Virus record (IMG/VR): IMGVR_UViG_3300033145_001598
Location: 11,595-75,594 of that record
DNA length: 64,000 bases
Reading direction: 5' to 3' (one strand)
Source of the DNA: a virus
The notes beneath the pieces were generated by a model that was not told where the DNA came from, ran no database searches, and saw only the letters and a list, made by a program, of their open reading frames with translations. This document shows, one piece after another, positions 48,665 through 58,916 of the stretch (position 1 is the stretch's first letter; each line of letters starts with the position of its first letter). The translations under genes were made by a program, and so were the position numbers.

Positions 48665-49780
48665 TCAATCTCCTTCTCGTTCAGTTTCATCACCATGATA
48701 CTTCCTTTCAGTATGATAAATACGAGTGAATTGATTTGGTTCTTTTTGGACTCTCATTATGATTTCTTCTACAGCTATGTTATGCATCCAGTTTACACCT
48801 GGTTCTAAAGCTTTATCATGTATCATTGTAGCTACTGCTGCTACTATATAACCAGTTGCCTGTGCCATAGCTGAAATATCGTTTTCAGTATCATACTTCC
48901 ATTGCCAGACCGTTGTCATCATATCTTCTACTGTGTCATATTCTGCACGTAGAATGATAGTGTCTTGATCTTCAGGACCTACTGCTTCTAGTACTCCTTC
49001 TAAAATCTCTGCAGGATTCTTTTGCCAGAAGATATTTTCTTTCATCCATTCGAAATGACCTTCGTATCTTAATGTTCTATAATTAAGATAATGAAGTTCT
49101 GATACTTGTGGTGTTATTGACATACTACCGTAAGTAGGAGCAGCTTCGAATGAATGATCAAGTCCCTCTATGCTTCTCCATTCGGTTTCATCATTGTCTA
49201 ATGCTGGAACATGACAAAGTTCGCCATATTCTCTTTGAGCTACTAGACCAGTATATTCATTAAGAAGCCCATGAACACTAAAGCTTCTTACATATCTGGG
49301 TTGATGATAATCTGCTGGACAAAGAGGTAAACCTCCACAAAGAATACTCAATTCTGTTCCACCTGTTCTTGCTACATGCCCTGCTAGAGTAGATGCAAAA
49401 CCTGGTGCTAGTCCACAGTCTGGAACTACTATGTTTGGTCTCTTGTAAACAGATTTTAATAGATCTTGAGCAAATTTTTCGTCTCCTCCAAGATCTACAA
49501 AATTTACTTCTTTTTGTAAAAGAATTGTAGCCATTCCTAGATGAATAGGTAAACAGTTAACATAAGTAGCTGAGATATCTGAATGAGTATCTAATAGGTG
49601 TTGATACTCTGTACATAAGCCTAATTGACCTGCTTTTCTTCCATCCTCTAAGTCTTGAGGTAGTTTCATACCTATCTTAAATGTAAGATCAGCTATATCG
49701 ACTCTTTCTTGTGTATGTCTGAGTAGATATCTAGTTATAGCTAGTCCCTGTTGTCCTAGTCCACCTAAAATACAGTACAT
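48665..49780 (-). CDS. Saccharopine dehydrogenase / lysine 6-dehydrogenase-family oxidoreductase
   Basis: GGLGQQG Rossmann, NCLP, VDLGG, DCGLAPG, CGGLP, FS..GL.NEY, YRTLRY.GH, SAMA..TG. Confidence 0.85.
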   Translation of the reverse strand: MYCILGGLGQQGLAITRYLLRHTQERVDIADLTFKIGMKLPQDLEDGRKAGQLGLCTEYQHLLDTHSDISATYVNCLPIHLGMATILLQKEVNFVDLGGDEKFAQDLLKSVYKRPNIVVPDCGLAPGFASTLAGHVARTGGTELSILCGGLPLCPADYHQPRYVRSFSVHGLLNEYTGLVAQREYGELCHVPALDNDETEWRSIEGLDHSFEAAPTYGSMSITPQVSELHYLNYRTLRYEGHFEWMKENIFWQKNPAEILEGVLEAVGPEDQDTIILRAEYDTVEDMMTTVWQWKYDTENDISAMAQATGYIVAAVATMIHDKALEPGVNWMHNIAVEEIIMRVQKEPNQFTRIYHTERKYHGDETEREGD

Positions 49781-50355
49781 TATTATTCCTTTTTTGTTTC
49801 CTCTAGAAGCTTTAGTCCTTCTCGAAGCATACTAACTACAGCTTCGTTAAAGCTAATGTTTTTCTCATTTGACACGTCGATAATTGCCTGCATTGCTTTA
49901 TCTGTTAGGCAAACTTCGACTTCTTGCCTTTCGCTAGTCATCTGGTCCATCCATTGGTTGATTGTCCTTGATTAGAGATCCCAAGGGGCTCTGTGTGAGT
50001 AGTCTAATCGCCGCATTTTCCCAAGTGACTCCCCATACTTCTGCTAGTAGGAATATGTCACTGATGGTCTTTTTGTCGGCTTTGATTTTTACTCTACAGC
50101 TCTCCTTTTGATTTGCCATCTAGATATCCTTATCTGCTGATACTACGCCACATCTTCATTCCACTTTCTTAATGGTTATAGACCTTACGTCCCTATTAGA
50201 CTCCTCGACGGCTAATTTACCTTCCTCTCCATGAATAGCTTTCATAGCTTCATGTATGAGTTCCAGAATAGCTGTTGCGGTGCCGTCTATTTCAACAGAC
50301 TTTTCTTTCTTATTTTCAGTGAGTTTTAAGTGATTTCTATCTTTCATTATTTCTC

Positions 50356-51600
50356 TTATTCGTTCGTAGATAGCCCTTGAGATAAAATAATTTCTGTTGT
50401 ATCACACTGATCTTCTTCATCTGTTAGTTGTAAGTAAGTAGATTCGGGTAACCATTCGTCTAGATTGAATTCTTCTGTAGAAACTTCAACCTCTTCTGGC
50501 TTAGGTATATCTGTTAACCATTCTGGTGGATTAATATCTTTAACTTTAGCAAATCTCCCAGTTGGTCTTCTCATTCTAATCTTGGTTTTATCTTCACGAA
50601 TACCGAAGTGTTTCTCCATGGCATCCATTAGTCTATACCTAGCTTCATCCCAGGTAATTTTGCCTTTGTGTGCCATTTGGGTTAGCTTGTACTGCAGCAT
50701 AGTCTTATACCTCCAAGGAGGTAATTCTACGCTTTCATGCAGTTTCATGTATCTTTCTTGCCACAGGTGCCAGAGTTTCCTTCTGTCTCCTGCAGATATT
50801 TTGTTTCTATCTCTAACAGGATTATCTTTATCCTGTTTATAAGAATCCATAATGTCTTTAGCTTTAGAAAGAATTTGTTGTTTTGTAGTACTAGGTTTCA
50901 TCTTTTTAGCTTGTTCAAGGAGCTGAGTAGCCATAGATGGTCTTTTGTCTTGAGACGTATATCCAATTAGTCGAGCTAATTCCTTCTTAGACAAGTCTTC
51001 TTTAGTGATTTTTGTTGCTATAAGTTGAGCTCTTGCATGACGCAGTCTTTTATCTTCCGAGTATGGAAACCAGTCTGCTGAGTATACAAGTTTATCTGCT
51101 TGTTTTTGTAATTGTTTAAAACTGGCCTTACCACTATCTATTAGTCTTCGAGCTGTTCTAACATGCTCGGTTTCGTCAAAGGTTATATCCCAGACATCCA
51201 TCGGTGGTACCTGATCATATTCTAGACCTACAAATTCAACGTCTTCTCTATTGAATACGTCTTCCGGATCTCCCTTTAGACCTAGTAGTTCACTATAAGT
51301 ATCTTCTTCTACTTCTAGTCTTTGTCCTTCTTTGTCTATAACAAAGAAATGATCTGTACCTTGCAAAAATTCTGGTTCTCTTTTTTTAATTATCTTAACT
51401 ACTCTATAGGTTCCGTCTTCTAGCTGTTCTACTTGAACATGCATGTCCCCTTCTTGCATGAGCTGTCGAATATTCTGAGGTAATGAACCTAATGCTTCTA
51501 AATATCTTCCTGTGTCTATATCGTCTAGTTCACTTTTAGGGTCTCTATGATCGAAGTCACTAACCAGAATATGGCTTGAGGTACACTTTCGTAGAGGCAT
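50356..51600 (-). CDS. Hypothetical protein (414 aa)
   Basis: Long ORF with GGAG Shine-Dalgarno; no recognised motif. Confidence 0.65.
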   Translation of the reverse strand: MPLRKCTSSHILVSDFDHRDPKSELDDIDTGRYLEALGSLPQNIRQLMQEGDMHVQVEQLEDGTYRVVKIIKKREPEFLQGTDHFFVIDKEGQRLEVEEDTYSELLGLKGDPEDVFNREDVEFVGLEYDQVPPMDVWDITFDETEHVRTARRLIDSGKASFKQLQKQADKLVYSADWFPYSEDKRLRHARAQLIATKITKEDLSKKELARLIGYTSQDKRPSMATQLLEQAKKMKPSTTKQQILSKAKDIMDSYKQDKDNPVRDRNKISAGDRRKLWHLWQERYMKLHESVELPPWRYKTMLQYKLTQMAHKGKITWDEARYRLMDAMEKHFGIREDKTKIRMRRPTGRFAKVKDINPPEWLTDIPKPEEVEVSTEEFNLDEWLPESTYLQLTDEEDQCDTTEIILSQGLSTNE

Positions 51601-51663
51601 CTTTTCTCCAGGATGAAGGGGGTAAGATTAGACTTTCTTTTCCTCTTACCATTACATGAAAGG

Positions 51664-52239
51664 CTACGAGTTTTCTTTTTGTCTGAGTTCATCTCTTCCT
51701 AAGATGAATTGGATAATTCTAACCCTTTCTTGCATGTTTGATTCCGATATAGGTAGGTATTTGGTTTGATATTTTTCTAACATGAATTTTATCATTCCAT
51801 CTATTTTGATCACTGAGTCCCAAATCAGATGGGTGCTTGCCCTTGTTCCATCATCTTTAAGGAGATGTTTGCTGGGCCTAAGAAACAAGACAATTCCACG
51901 ATTGACTTGATTTACATATTGTTGAAACTGTGGAGAACTCATTAGTTCTGAGGCTATTGTGGTATGTTCAGCTGCATATGCAATAGAGTCAAAAGCTCTA
52001 TCTGATACAAAATTATCTCCATGTTCCTGCTCTTTTACTAATTGTCTTCTTAATATTTCATGTTGAAAATGTCCTATACCATCTATATCTATAAACAACT
52101 CATCAAGGGTTGTTTCCCATTCAGCAAGTATAGAGCGCGCTACTTCTGTAATCATGGGCATCTTATACTTGTCGCTTATATATCTAGCTAGTGTAGTTTT
52201 TCCTGTACAATGCGATCCAACTAAGTAAACTCTAGGCAA
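51664..52239 (-). CDS. NadR/AAA_28-like P-loop nucleotide kinase
   Basis: GSHCTGKTT, EVAR, VSDR...D..AY, DDGTR. Confidence 0.8.
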   Translation of the reverse strand: MPRVYLVGSHCTGKTTLARYISDKYKMPMITEVARSILAEWETTLDELFIDIDGIGHFQHEILRRQLVKEQEHGDNFVSDRAFDSIAYAAEHTTIASELMSSPQFQQYVNQVNRGIVLFLRPSKHLLKDDGTRASTHLIWDSVIKIDGMIKFMLEKYQTKYLPISESNMQERVRIIQFILGRDELRQKENS

Positions 52240-53905
52240 TTCTTAATTCCATTTCCTCTATTGATTCCATAAGCGATTAAGCTTTTCTAGTTCTCTTTTA
52301 ACTAAATCATCGATTTTAGTTAACATTTTATTCTGTTCTATAGTTTCATCTAGGAATTGTTTCATGGGTAAACTTTTATCATCTGGATTATTAATATGCC
52401 ACCATCTTTTCAAGGGTCTGAATCCCAATGAATCTGTAGTCCATTGTTCATCAGAACAACCTAAATCTCCACAAGTTGGACACAACATCTCTGTTATAAG
52501 AATAGGTATACTGTGTTTATCATTATAGATAACACATTTACCTCTTATGTTGTGAACTGACATTTTCAACTTTCTGTCTGCACCAATTTGTAATGCTACC
52601 CATCTCATTACATTCATAATATAGAATCTAGATATACTACTTCCCGTTGAAGTAATAATCCTTTTTCCACTAGCTGAATGAAAAAACAATGGGTCAAATA
52701 GATTTAGGTTAGTGTTAGATGTCCAGTCTTCAACATCTTGCCAAGGATTATAATTCTTCCTCAGGAATGACAACATTTTCTTCTTTAGAGATATTGTTTG
52801 ACTTACTACTATTAGCGAGTTGCTCATCTTTCTTCCTGTTGTCTTCCATATCTTGTTTATATAAATAAACAATTCGGGCACATAGTCCCGATGTTATGAT
52901 AATTCCTATGATTACTGATAACAGAAGGTAAAATTCCAGTTCAACCTACTCCTTTTTTGTGCAAATGCACTCGAGTATGACATAGCCATTGTCCTCGACA
53001 GAGTACCTCTCTAACTTAGGATGGTATTCTTGCAGTACTTCACATTGATCAAGACAGTACTGAGTATTATCCATCTTTTTTCCTTCGCACTGCATTAGAA
53101 TACTCATAATTCCTAAAGATATCATCACTATTATATACAGGAGTATCTTCTTGATTATCTTCTTCAACCTCCGGATCGAAGATAGGATTCTCTATATCTA
53201 TTATTGTCTCTGGTGTTTCTAGACCTACAAACATCTTCGCTACTTCTAGGGCATTATCAGATGAGAATATGATTCCTCTCTCGAGGTCTATTATTCTCCA
53301 TTTCCCATTATTGCGTTCTGCAATGAGTTCCAATCCAATCATATATCCATCTTTACTCAATCTTTGTAAGACGACTATGACTGCTTCTCTTTCTAAATCT
53401 TTTCCTGGACCTTTCCCAACATCTGAAAGTCTCTTAGTTTTATGCGCCGACAGTTGGAATCAACTCCTTTTATTGTTTTAACCTCCATCTACCGCTTATG
53501 TCATCGCCAAAGGCTACTAGCCTAATAGCTTCTGCTTCAGAGATTATGGTAGGTTGTCTACCGTCTTCTTGCATTTTTTTTCTCTCACTACTTCCGATCA
53601 TATAGACATTCCCAGGTAACTCTGGGTCTATTGCTGGTGCTTTATGTGGATTTTTCATTAAAGCTAAATGTACTTCTGCTGTAGCTTCAGATACACTTCT
53701 CACTACTAAGGCTGAAAGCCTTCTATCTTTTTTTAAGACTTCTTCTGCTAGTTCACGTAGCAGCCGTTCCATCTTATTGTTACCTCCTCGACTCGGGAAA
53801 TTAATTCCCATCCTATCTAACACTCGTTCGTGAACTGGTTTATTCATATCTATATCTACAGTATCTCACTATTACGCTTAAATGGAACGTAGGCCCTTTA
53901 TTCTT

Positions 53906-54490
53906 TTACTTTTCAGGGATATACCCATCTCTCCAGTATCGTGTTTCATCTCTGAACTTATGAGTAGTTCCTATTGTACCTATCCACTTTAGGACCTTTT
54001 CAGTACCACATACATTAAGATGATAAACTCTATGCCACAACTGATTATACTGTTGCCACAATCCATTCTGTGCTGGCATAGCCGCATCTTTTATTAACCT
54101 AACATCATGACATCTCCATGTTACTGCTGCATACATCATAGCTGCTCTAATATATTTTCTATCTCTAGCAAGAGTTTCTACTGTTTTAGCTCTATGAGCT
54201 CTTCGTATACCCCATCTATTTCTAGAACGACTAGGCATTCTACAATTCGGATAACAGTTTCTATTCTCAGATCTGTACTGATGAGGAACAAAATCGGCTT
54301 GTACTGCTGTTGGCGCAATATCATCTAATGCTACAGAAGGTAATCTCACTGCTGATTCTTCTTCTCTTGGTTGTTCATACTGTTGGTTCTCTTCTGGATA
54401 ATAGCGTATCCTTCTTCCCTGATTTCTCAGACATCCTGAAAATATAGCTACTGTACACAACATAGGTATCCATAGATTTCTCCGAATCAT
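53906..54490 (-). CDS. Putative lipoprotein
   Basis: Signal peptide ending IFSGC. Confidence 0.5.
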   Translation of the reverse strand: MIRRNLWIPMLCTVAIFSGCLRNQGRRIRYYPEENQQYEQPREEESAVRLPSVALDDIAPTAVQADFVPHQYRSENRNCYPNCRMPSRSRNRWGIRRAHRAKTVETLARDRKYIRAAMMYAAVTWRCHDVRLIKDAAMPAQNGLWQQYNQLWHRVYHLNVCGTEKVLKWIGTIGTTHKFRDETRYWRDGYIPEK

Positions 54491-54529
54491 CTTAGTTCTC
54501 CTTTAGTTGTTTAAAGAATTGAGGTAGAG

Positions 54530-54934
54530 CTAGAGTTGCTCTTTTCTGCAGCTAGTGCAGAACTTGAAGGTGTCATGATTTATAGTTACTACTTTAGTAG
54601 TACCACCACAATGACAATAAATATTATTTTGTATAGATTCTACAGTTTCAGTAACTAACGTAAACATTTTAGCTTTAATACCATACCCAATTAGACGACC
54701 TGATGGATCTAGAGTACAAACTCTATATCTTTTTTGCTTATTATAAAGTCCAATTCTAAACATCTTTTCATCATCTATGTCAGTAATCATTTCAACACCA
54801 GATACAGTTAAACTTTGACCTGGTAGATTTTTAACATCTTCATACCATACTCCATGTTTATCCTTAGTCATTGGAGATGCTTCTTCTATAAATTTAAGGC
54901 TCAATTGAACTGTGTCACCTTTTTCTGGAATCAT
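54530..54934 (-). CDS. Hypothetical protein, SH3-like N-terminus plus C-terminal Zn ribbon
   Basis: PEKGDTV; CHCGG...CTSC. Confidence 0.5.
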   Translation of the reverse strand: MIPEKGDTVQLSLKFIEEASPMTKDKHGVWYEDVKNLPGQSLTVSGVEMITDIDDEKMFRIGLYNKQKRYRVCTLDPSGRLIGYGIKAKMFTLVTETVESIQNNIYCHCGGTTKVVTINHDTFKFCTSCRKEQL

Positions 54935-55120
54935 TACGCTGCCCGTCTCCTTGTTTGAGTATTACCTATAAACATCTTCATTGCTACAGCTACTATCGCT
55001 ACAGCTACTAGGCTCGCCATATATCTCTTCCTCCACTTGTCTCTGATCTATATAACTACCTCTAGTAGGAATAAGACAAGTTTTTAGTAATCGAGATATT
55101 TAGCTAACGTTTTTATCAAA

Positions 55121-55195
55121 GCGGAAATGATAGGATTTGAACCTACGACTCCTTGGTCCCAAACCAAGTGCGCTACCAGACTGCGCCATATCCCG
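55121..55195 (-). tRNA. tRNA-Pro(UGG)
   Basis: GCGC D stem, CTTGG-TTTGGGA-CCAAG, GTAGG-TTCAAAT-CCTAT; acceptor stem slightly irregular; no encoded CCA. Confidence 0.85.
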
Positions 55196-55221
55196 TTAAT
55201 CCCCTGACTAGGTTTGAACTA

Positions 55222-55292
55222 GTCCCGCTGCTAGAATCGAACTAGCGTTAACAGGACCAAAACCTGTTGTCTTACCACTAGACCAAACAGGA
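55222..55292 (-). tRNA. tRNA-Gln(UUG)
   Basis: TCCTGTT/AGCGGGA acceptor, ACAGG-TTTTGGT-CCTGT, GCTAG-TTCGATT-CTAGC. Confidence 0.9.
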
Positions 55293-55297
55293 ATGTT

Positions 55298-55371
55298 TGG
55301 ACCCAGCTTGATTCGAACAAGCGACCACTTGATTATGAGTCAAACGCTCTGGCCAGCTGAGCTATAGGTCC
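55298..55371 (-). tRNA. tRNA with CAU anticodon, probably tRNA-Ile2 (lysidine) rather than Met
   Basis: GGACCTA/TGGGTCC-A acceptor with C4:G69 and C5:G68; loop CTCATAA. Confidence 0.85.
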
Positions 55372-55376
55372 TTAAG

Positions 55377-55451
55377 CTCCAGGGGTGGGTTACGATCCCA
55401 CAACCTCCGGTTTAACAGACCGGCGCTGACTGCCAATTGAGCTACCCTGGA
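55377..55451 (-). tRNA. tRNA-Asn(GUU)
   Basis: TCCAGGG/CCCTGGA-G, CCGGT-CTGTTAA-ACCGG; atypical T loop ATCGTAA. Confidence 0.88.
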
Positions 55452-55712
55452 ATAATTTTATTGTTTCTTCTTCTTCGTTGAAATAAATGCATATCCACAT
55501 AGCTTTTTAATACAATACAAAAGAACTAGTATAGGATATAACCATCCCAAGAATGGCCATAAGAGCCATGCTCTTGATATACATCTTTTTGCTACTATAT
55601 CTCCGTCATCGAAGATACACATTGATGCAAAACTTAGAATGAAAAATGAGATAAGGTATGATGGGATTAAGTAATATGCCATTTTTATTGTCCCTTATTT
55701 AAGGTTTTAATC

Positions 55713-56252
55713 TTAGTGATGTCTAAAATCGCCTTTCTTTCTTTCCATTCTCTCTCGTATATCATCCAGTGATAATAGCTTGTAATTATTACACATTATT
55801 CCAACATCGAAAGAGAGAGAGTCATTTTCTATCAAGTTACCATGGCTGTGTCCGTAAAGATGCCAAGTTTTGTAGTGAGACTTCGGCCAGACACGGTGTG
55901 CATGATGATCTAGGAAGATACCAAATCGCTGATCTTTCTTTAGCTGTAAAAAGTATCTTTCTTTAATCCAAGAGAAGTATCCCTCGGCTCCTATCTTGTC
56001 TAAGAGCTGGTCATGACTACCTCTAATGAAGAACTTATTTCCATTTAGTCTAGAAAGAATCCCTTGTACGTAGTATTTACTACATTTGAATGCAAAGTCA
56101 CCCAGATGATATACTTCGTCTTCACTGGTTACTTGAGAATTCCAGATGTCTACTAGGGCTCTGTCATGCTCTTGTATGGTATTCCATGGACGATTGTCAA
56201 ATTCTAGTATATTGGCATGTCCAAGGTGGAAATCTGAGGTGAAGTAAATCAT
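55713..56252 (-). CDS. Calcineurin-like metallophosphoesterase (phage type)
   Basis: FTSDFHLGH, HLGDF, GSHD, LYGHSHG, DVG. Confidence 0.9.
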   Translation of the reverse strand: MIYFTSDFHLGHANILEFDNRPWNTIQEHDRALVDIWNSQVTSEDEVYHLGDFAFKCSKYYVQGILSRLNGNKFFIRGSHDQLLDKIGAEGYFSWIKERYFLQLKKDQRFGIFLDHHAHRVWPKSHYKTWHLYGHSHGNLIENDSLSFDVGIMCNNYKLLSLDDIRERMERKKGDFRHH

Positions 56253-56734
56253 TTACTATTTTTCTTCAATTGTGTCTTCTATCGCAGATATTGAGCAATA
56301 GAGTCCTAATAATGCTCCTGCAATTATATCTACTGCTGATACTCTGTTGCCGTCTATTTCCCAGGTACCATTTTTCAATAATGATACTGCGTATTCTCCG
56401 TCTGCTCCGTCGTCTAGGTTCCAACCTACTATTTCTTTATCTGATACGTAGTCTTTGTCCATTTTATTCTCCTATACATCTGATACTTCTCTATGTTTAA
56501 GATGCTCACGTTCCTGAGCTAGTACATAATCGGCTGGTTTTCTAGTACCAACACTAATAACCTGCCAATGATTTTCCCATAAACCTTCTTTATTTTTCAA
56601 TTTTAGAAATTTAGCCAGTAATGCATATTTTTCAGGTAGCCAGGTAGTCATCTGCTGATAATAACCTGGTGTAGCTGTGTCTCTTCTAAGGACACATTGA
56701 ACATAGTCCTTTTGTATACTTCTATAAGGATGAT

Positions 56735-56980
56735 TCATATTTTAACTGGTTCTTCACTAGGTACTCTATCTGCTTTATTAGTATTACAACGAGAGCAGAG
56801 TATTTGGAGGTTAGTCCGCCGATTCGTACCACCTTTACTCGTAGGGATTATATGGTCTATTGATGCAAATTCAGGACTATTCTTCTTAAAAGTAGTCTTT
56901 CTATTACACCATGCACATAAACCTCTCTGTTGATTCCAGAGATAAAAGCGTATTCTTTTTCTCCACTTACTCATACACAA
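56735..56980 (-). CDS. Small HNH endonuclease
   Basis: CAWC, SIDHIIPTSKGG.N...NLQILCSRCNTNK. Confidence 0.9.
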   Translation of the reverse strand: MCMSKWRKRIRFYLWNQQRGLCAWCNRKTTFKKNSPEFASIDHIIPTSKGGTNRRTNLQILCSRCNTNKADRVPSEEPVKI

Positions 56981-57384
56981 TCTCTGCTATACCCATCTCT
57001 ATAGTATCCAGGGTAAATCGATCCTACCCTACTACTCTTCAGTAGCTCAGGATATTCCTCTTTTAAGGTAGTATCAGCCCGCATTTCTTGTTGAGTAAGC
57101 ATTTTCTTACCAGGTGATCTTCTTGGATTACCACAGCACCAGGGTTGACTACAAGGGGTTTTGCACTGTACCATTCTCATTACCCAGCAGTAGAACCATT
57201 CAGGGTTATCCCTTCGTTCCTCAAAGCTGAACCACCATTCTCCCATACGTTGTAGCTTCTGACGGGCGATATCCCGCCGCCATCTCCGATAGGCTCTGTC
57301 TCTTTTCATGATGTAACTCCTCCTATATGAGTTAATTTGCCATCATGCCAGAGCTCCTTTCTTGGGAATAGTATAGCAAAATTG

Positions 57385-57813
57385 CTAGTCCTTATATTTT
57401 TTGAGATAGTTAATAGCACTTAATAGCACTTCTTCTGAGTCTTGGAATTTACCGATGGCTGTATTACATGACATACAGAGTAATCCTCTAGGAATTCTCT
57501 TACTATGATCGTGGTCTGGTACTAGCAGTTTCTCTCTATTACAAACTGCACATCGGCCGTTTTGTTTCTTTTTAAATTCCTCTTCTCGTTTTCTTGTCCA
57601 ACAGATGACCTTTAATCGTTGCGTGCGGGCATTATATTGAACGCGCTCTGGATTCTTTCTCGTCCATTCTTTAATTTTCTTCTTCATACAATCTTTACAT
57701 CTGCTCATTAATCCAGGTCTATCAGTCCTTTTATAGAAATGATCTGTATTGTTGGGCTTTTCTAGTCTACATTTTCGACATAGCTTTATTGGGGTTGTTA
57801 TTCTGGGTGGCAT
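57385..57813 (-). CDS. Endonuclease VII-type homing endonuclease
   Basis: CRKC...CKDC; QNGRCAVC, DHDH, RGLLC.SCN.AIG.F.D; start taken at ATG 57813. Confidence 0.88.
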   Translation of the reverse strand: MPPRITTPIKLCRKCRLEKPNNTDHFYKRTDRPGLMSRCKDCMKKKIKEWTRKNPERVQYNARTQRLKVICWTRKREEEFKKKQNGRCAVCNREKLLVPDHDHSKRIPRGLLCMSCNTAIGKFQDSEEVLLSAINYLKKYKD

Positions 57814-57820
57814 GGACAAA

Positions 57821-57849
57821 AGTATAGCAGAATGCTATAAAATTGTCAT
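57821..57849 (-). promoter_or_regulatory. Sigma70-like extended -10 promoter, leaderless EndoVII mRNA
   Basis: ATGACA-17 nt-(TGC)TATACT, 7 nt to ATG. Confidence 0.65.
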
Positions 57850-58415
57850 ATTTTTCCCATACTTCTCCCATAAAATGCTATTATTCTCTCCAGCTATCAT
57901 ATATCTCAATACAAGGAAGATTGGTAGGTAAATCTCTATTTAACCACCATTCCTGATAATTATTAACAATAATTAATGGATCTTTAACACTTTCTTGTAA
58001 TTCTAAAAGATCTGCTAATGTTTCAATATTAACAATCCAGATTTTACTCTCCTCTTCTGCACCATTTTCAGGATCTACAAAGTCTTTTGTTAACTCTTGA
58101 TCTATCTGTGCATCTGGATGAGGTTGAGACTTCATATAACTGTCAGATGTTTTATGGATTATAAATTTCATATTTCACTATCTAATCTGCCACATTCAAC
58201 TTTAACAATAGCATTGGTATGATAGTTGAAATTAACACCTGTAATAGAACCTGTTTTTTCTTCTTGCTCACGCCATTCCATCCACATCCAATAATCCTGT
58301 TCTCCTTATTCACATAGCCATAGCTTAAAATGCTCAGCTGCTTTCTCATTCTCGAAAGTAAACATAAGTTCTTTACTTTTAGGATTAAATGATTCTAATG
58401 GCATATTGTTTTCCT

Positions 58416-58544
58416 TGGTCGTCAGGGCAGGAATCGAACCTGCAGAGGTCTTAACTATCTGGTTTTAGCATGCATATTCCCCTAGATAATCAGGGTCCAG
58501 GTAGTTGTGCTATTCTACCCTAGAGTGCCAACCCTAGCCTGACA
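58416..58544 (-). ncRNA. 129-nt tRNA-like RNA with encoded CCA and expanded central domain
   Basis: TGTCAGG/CCTGACG-A-CCA acceptor, GCAGG-TTCGATT-CCTGC T arm, no canonical anticodon arm. Confidence 0.7.
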
Positions 58545-58737
58545 TAAATGCTCCTGTTTCCCCACCCCCAGGAGCACCAGGGTGATTATCAGAAGGTCCG
58601 AAGATCTTCCCATAGGGATTGCTAGATATTGTCCCGACCAATCATTCTATGATTCATGTATTGTAGCTAGTCATAGACCCTCTAGCGGGGCCATGCTAGC
58701 CACTAGTACGTAGACATAGAATTTCCTCACTCCCCTG

Positions 58738-58811
58738 TGGACCTGATAGGATTTGAACCTACGACCACCTGAATACAAATCAGGAATTCTCCCAGACTGA
58801 GTTACAAGCCC
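58738..58811 (-). tRNA. tRNA with UGU (Thr) anticodon on an Ala-type body (G3:U70, A73)
   Basis: GGGCTTG/CAGGTCC-A; CCTGA-TTTGTAT-TCAGG; D stem has one mismatch. Confidence 0.8.
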
Positions 58812-58819
58812 ATAATATG

Positions 58820-58916
58820 AGATAGTGGCAGGATTTAAACCTGCGTGAGTGAAATATCTTTCACTACTGACCTATAGATCGTCATCTATAGCGTTAATTC
58901 TCTTAGCTACACTACC
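58820..58916 (-). ncRNA. Atypical long-variable-arm tRNA-like RNA or pseudo-tRNA
   Basis: GGTAGTG/CACTATC acceptor, GCAGG-TTTAAAT-CCTGC, 7-bp variable arm, even-length anticodon loop. Confidence 0.6.
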
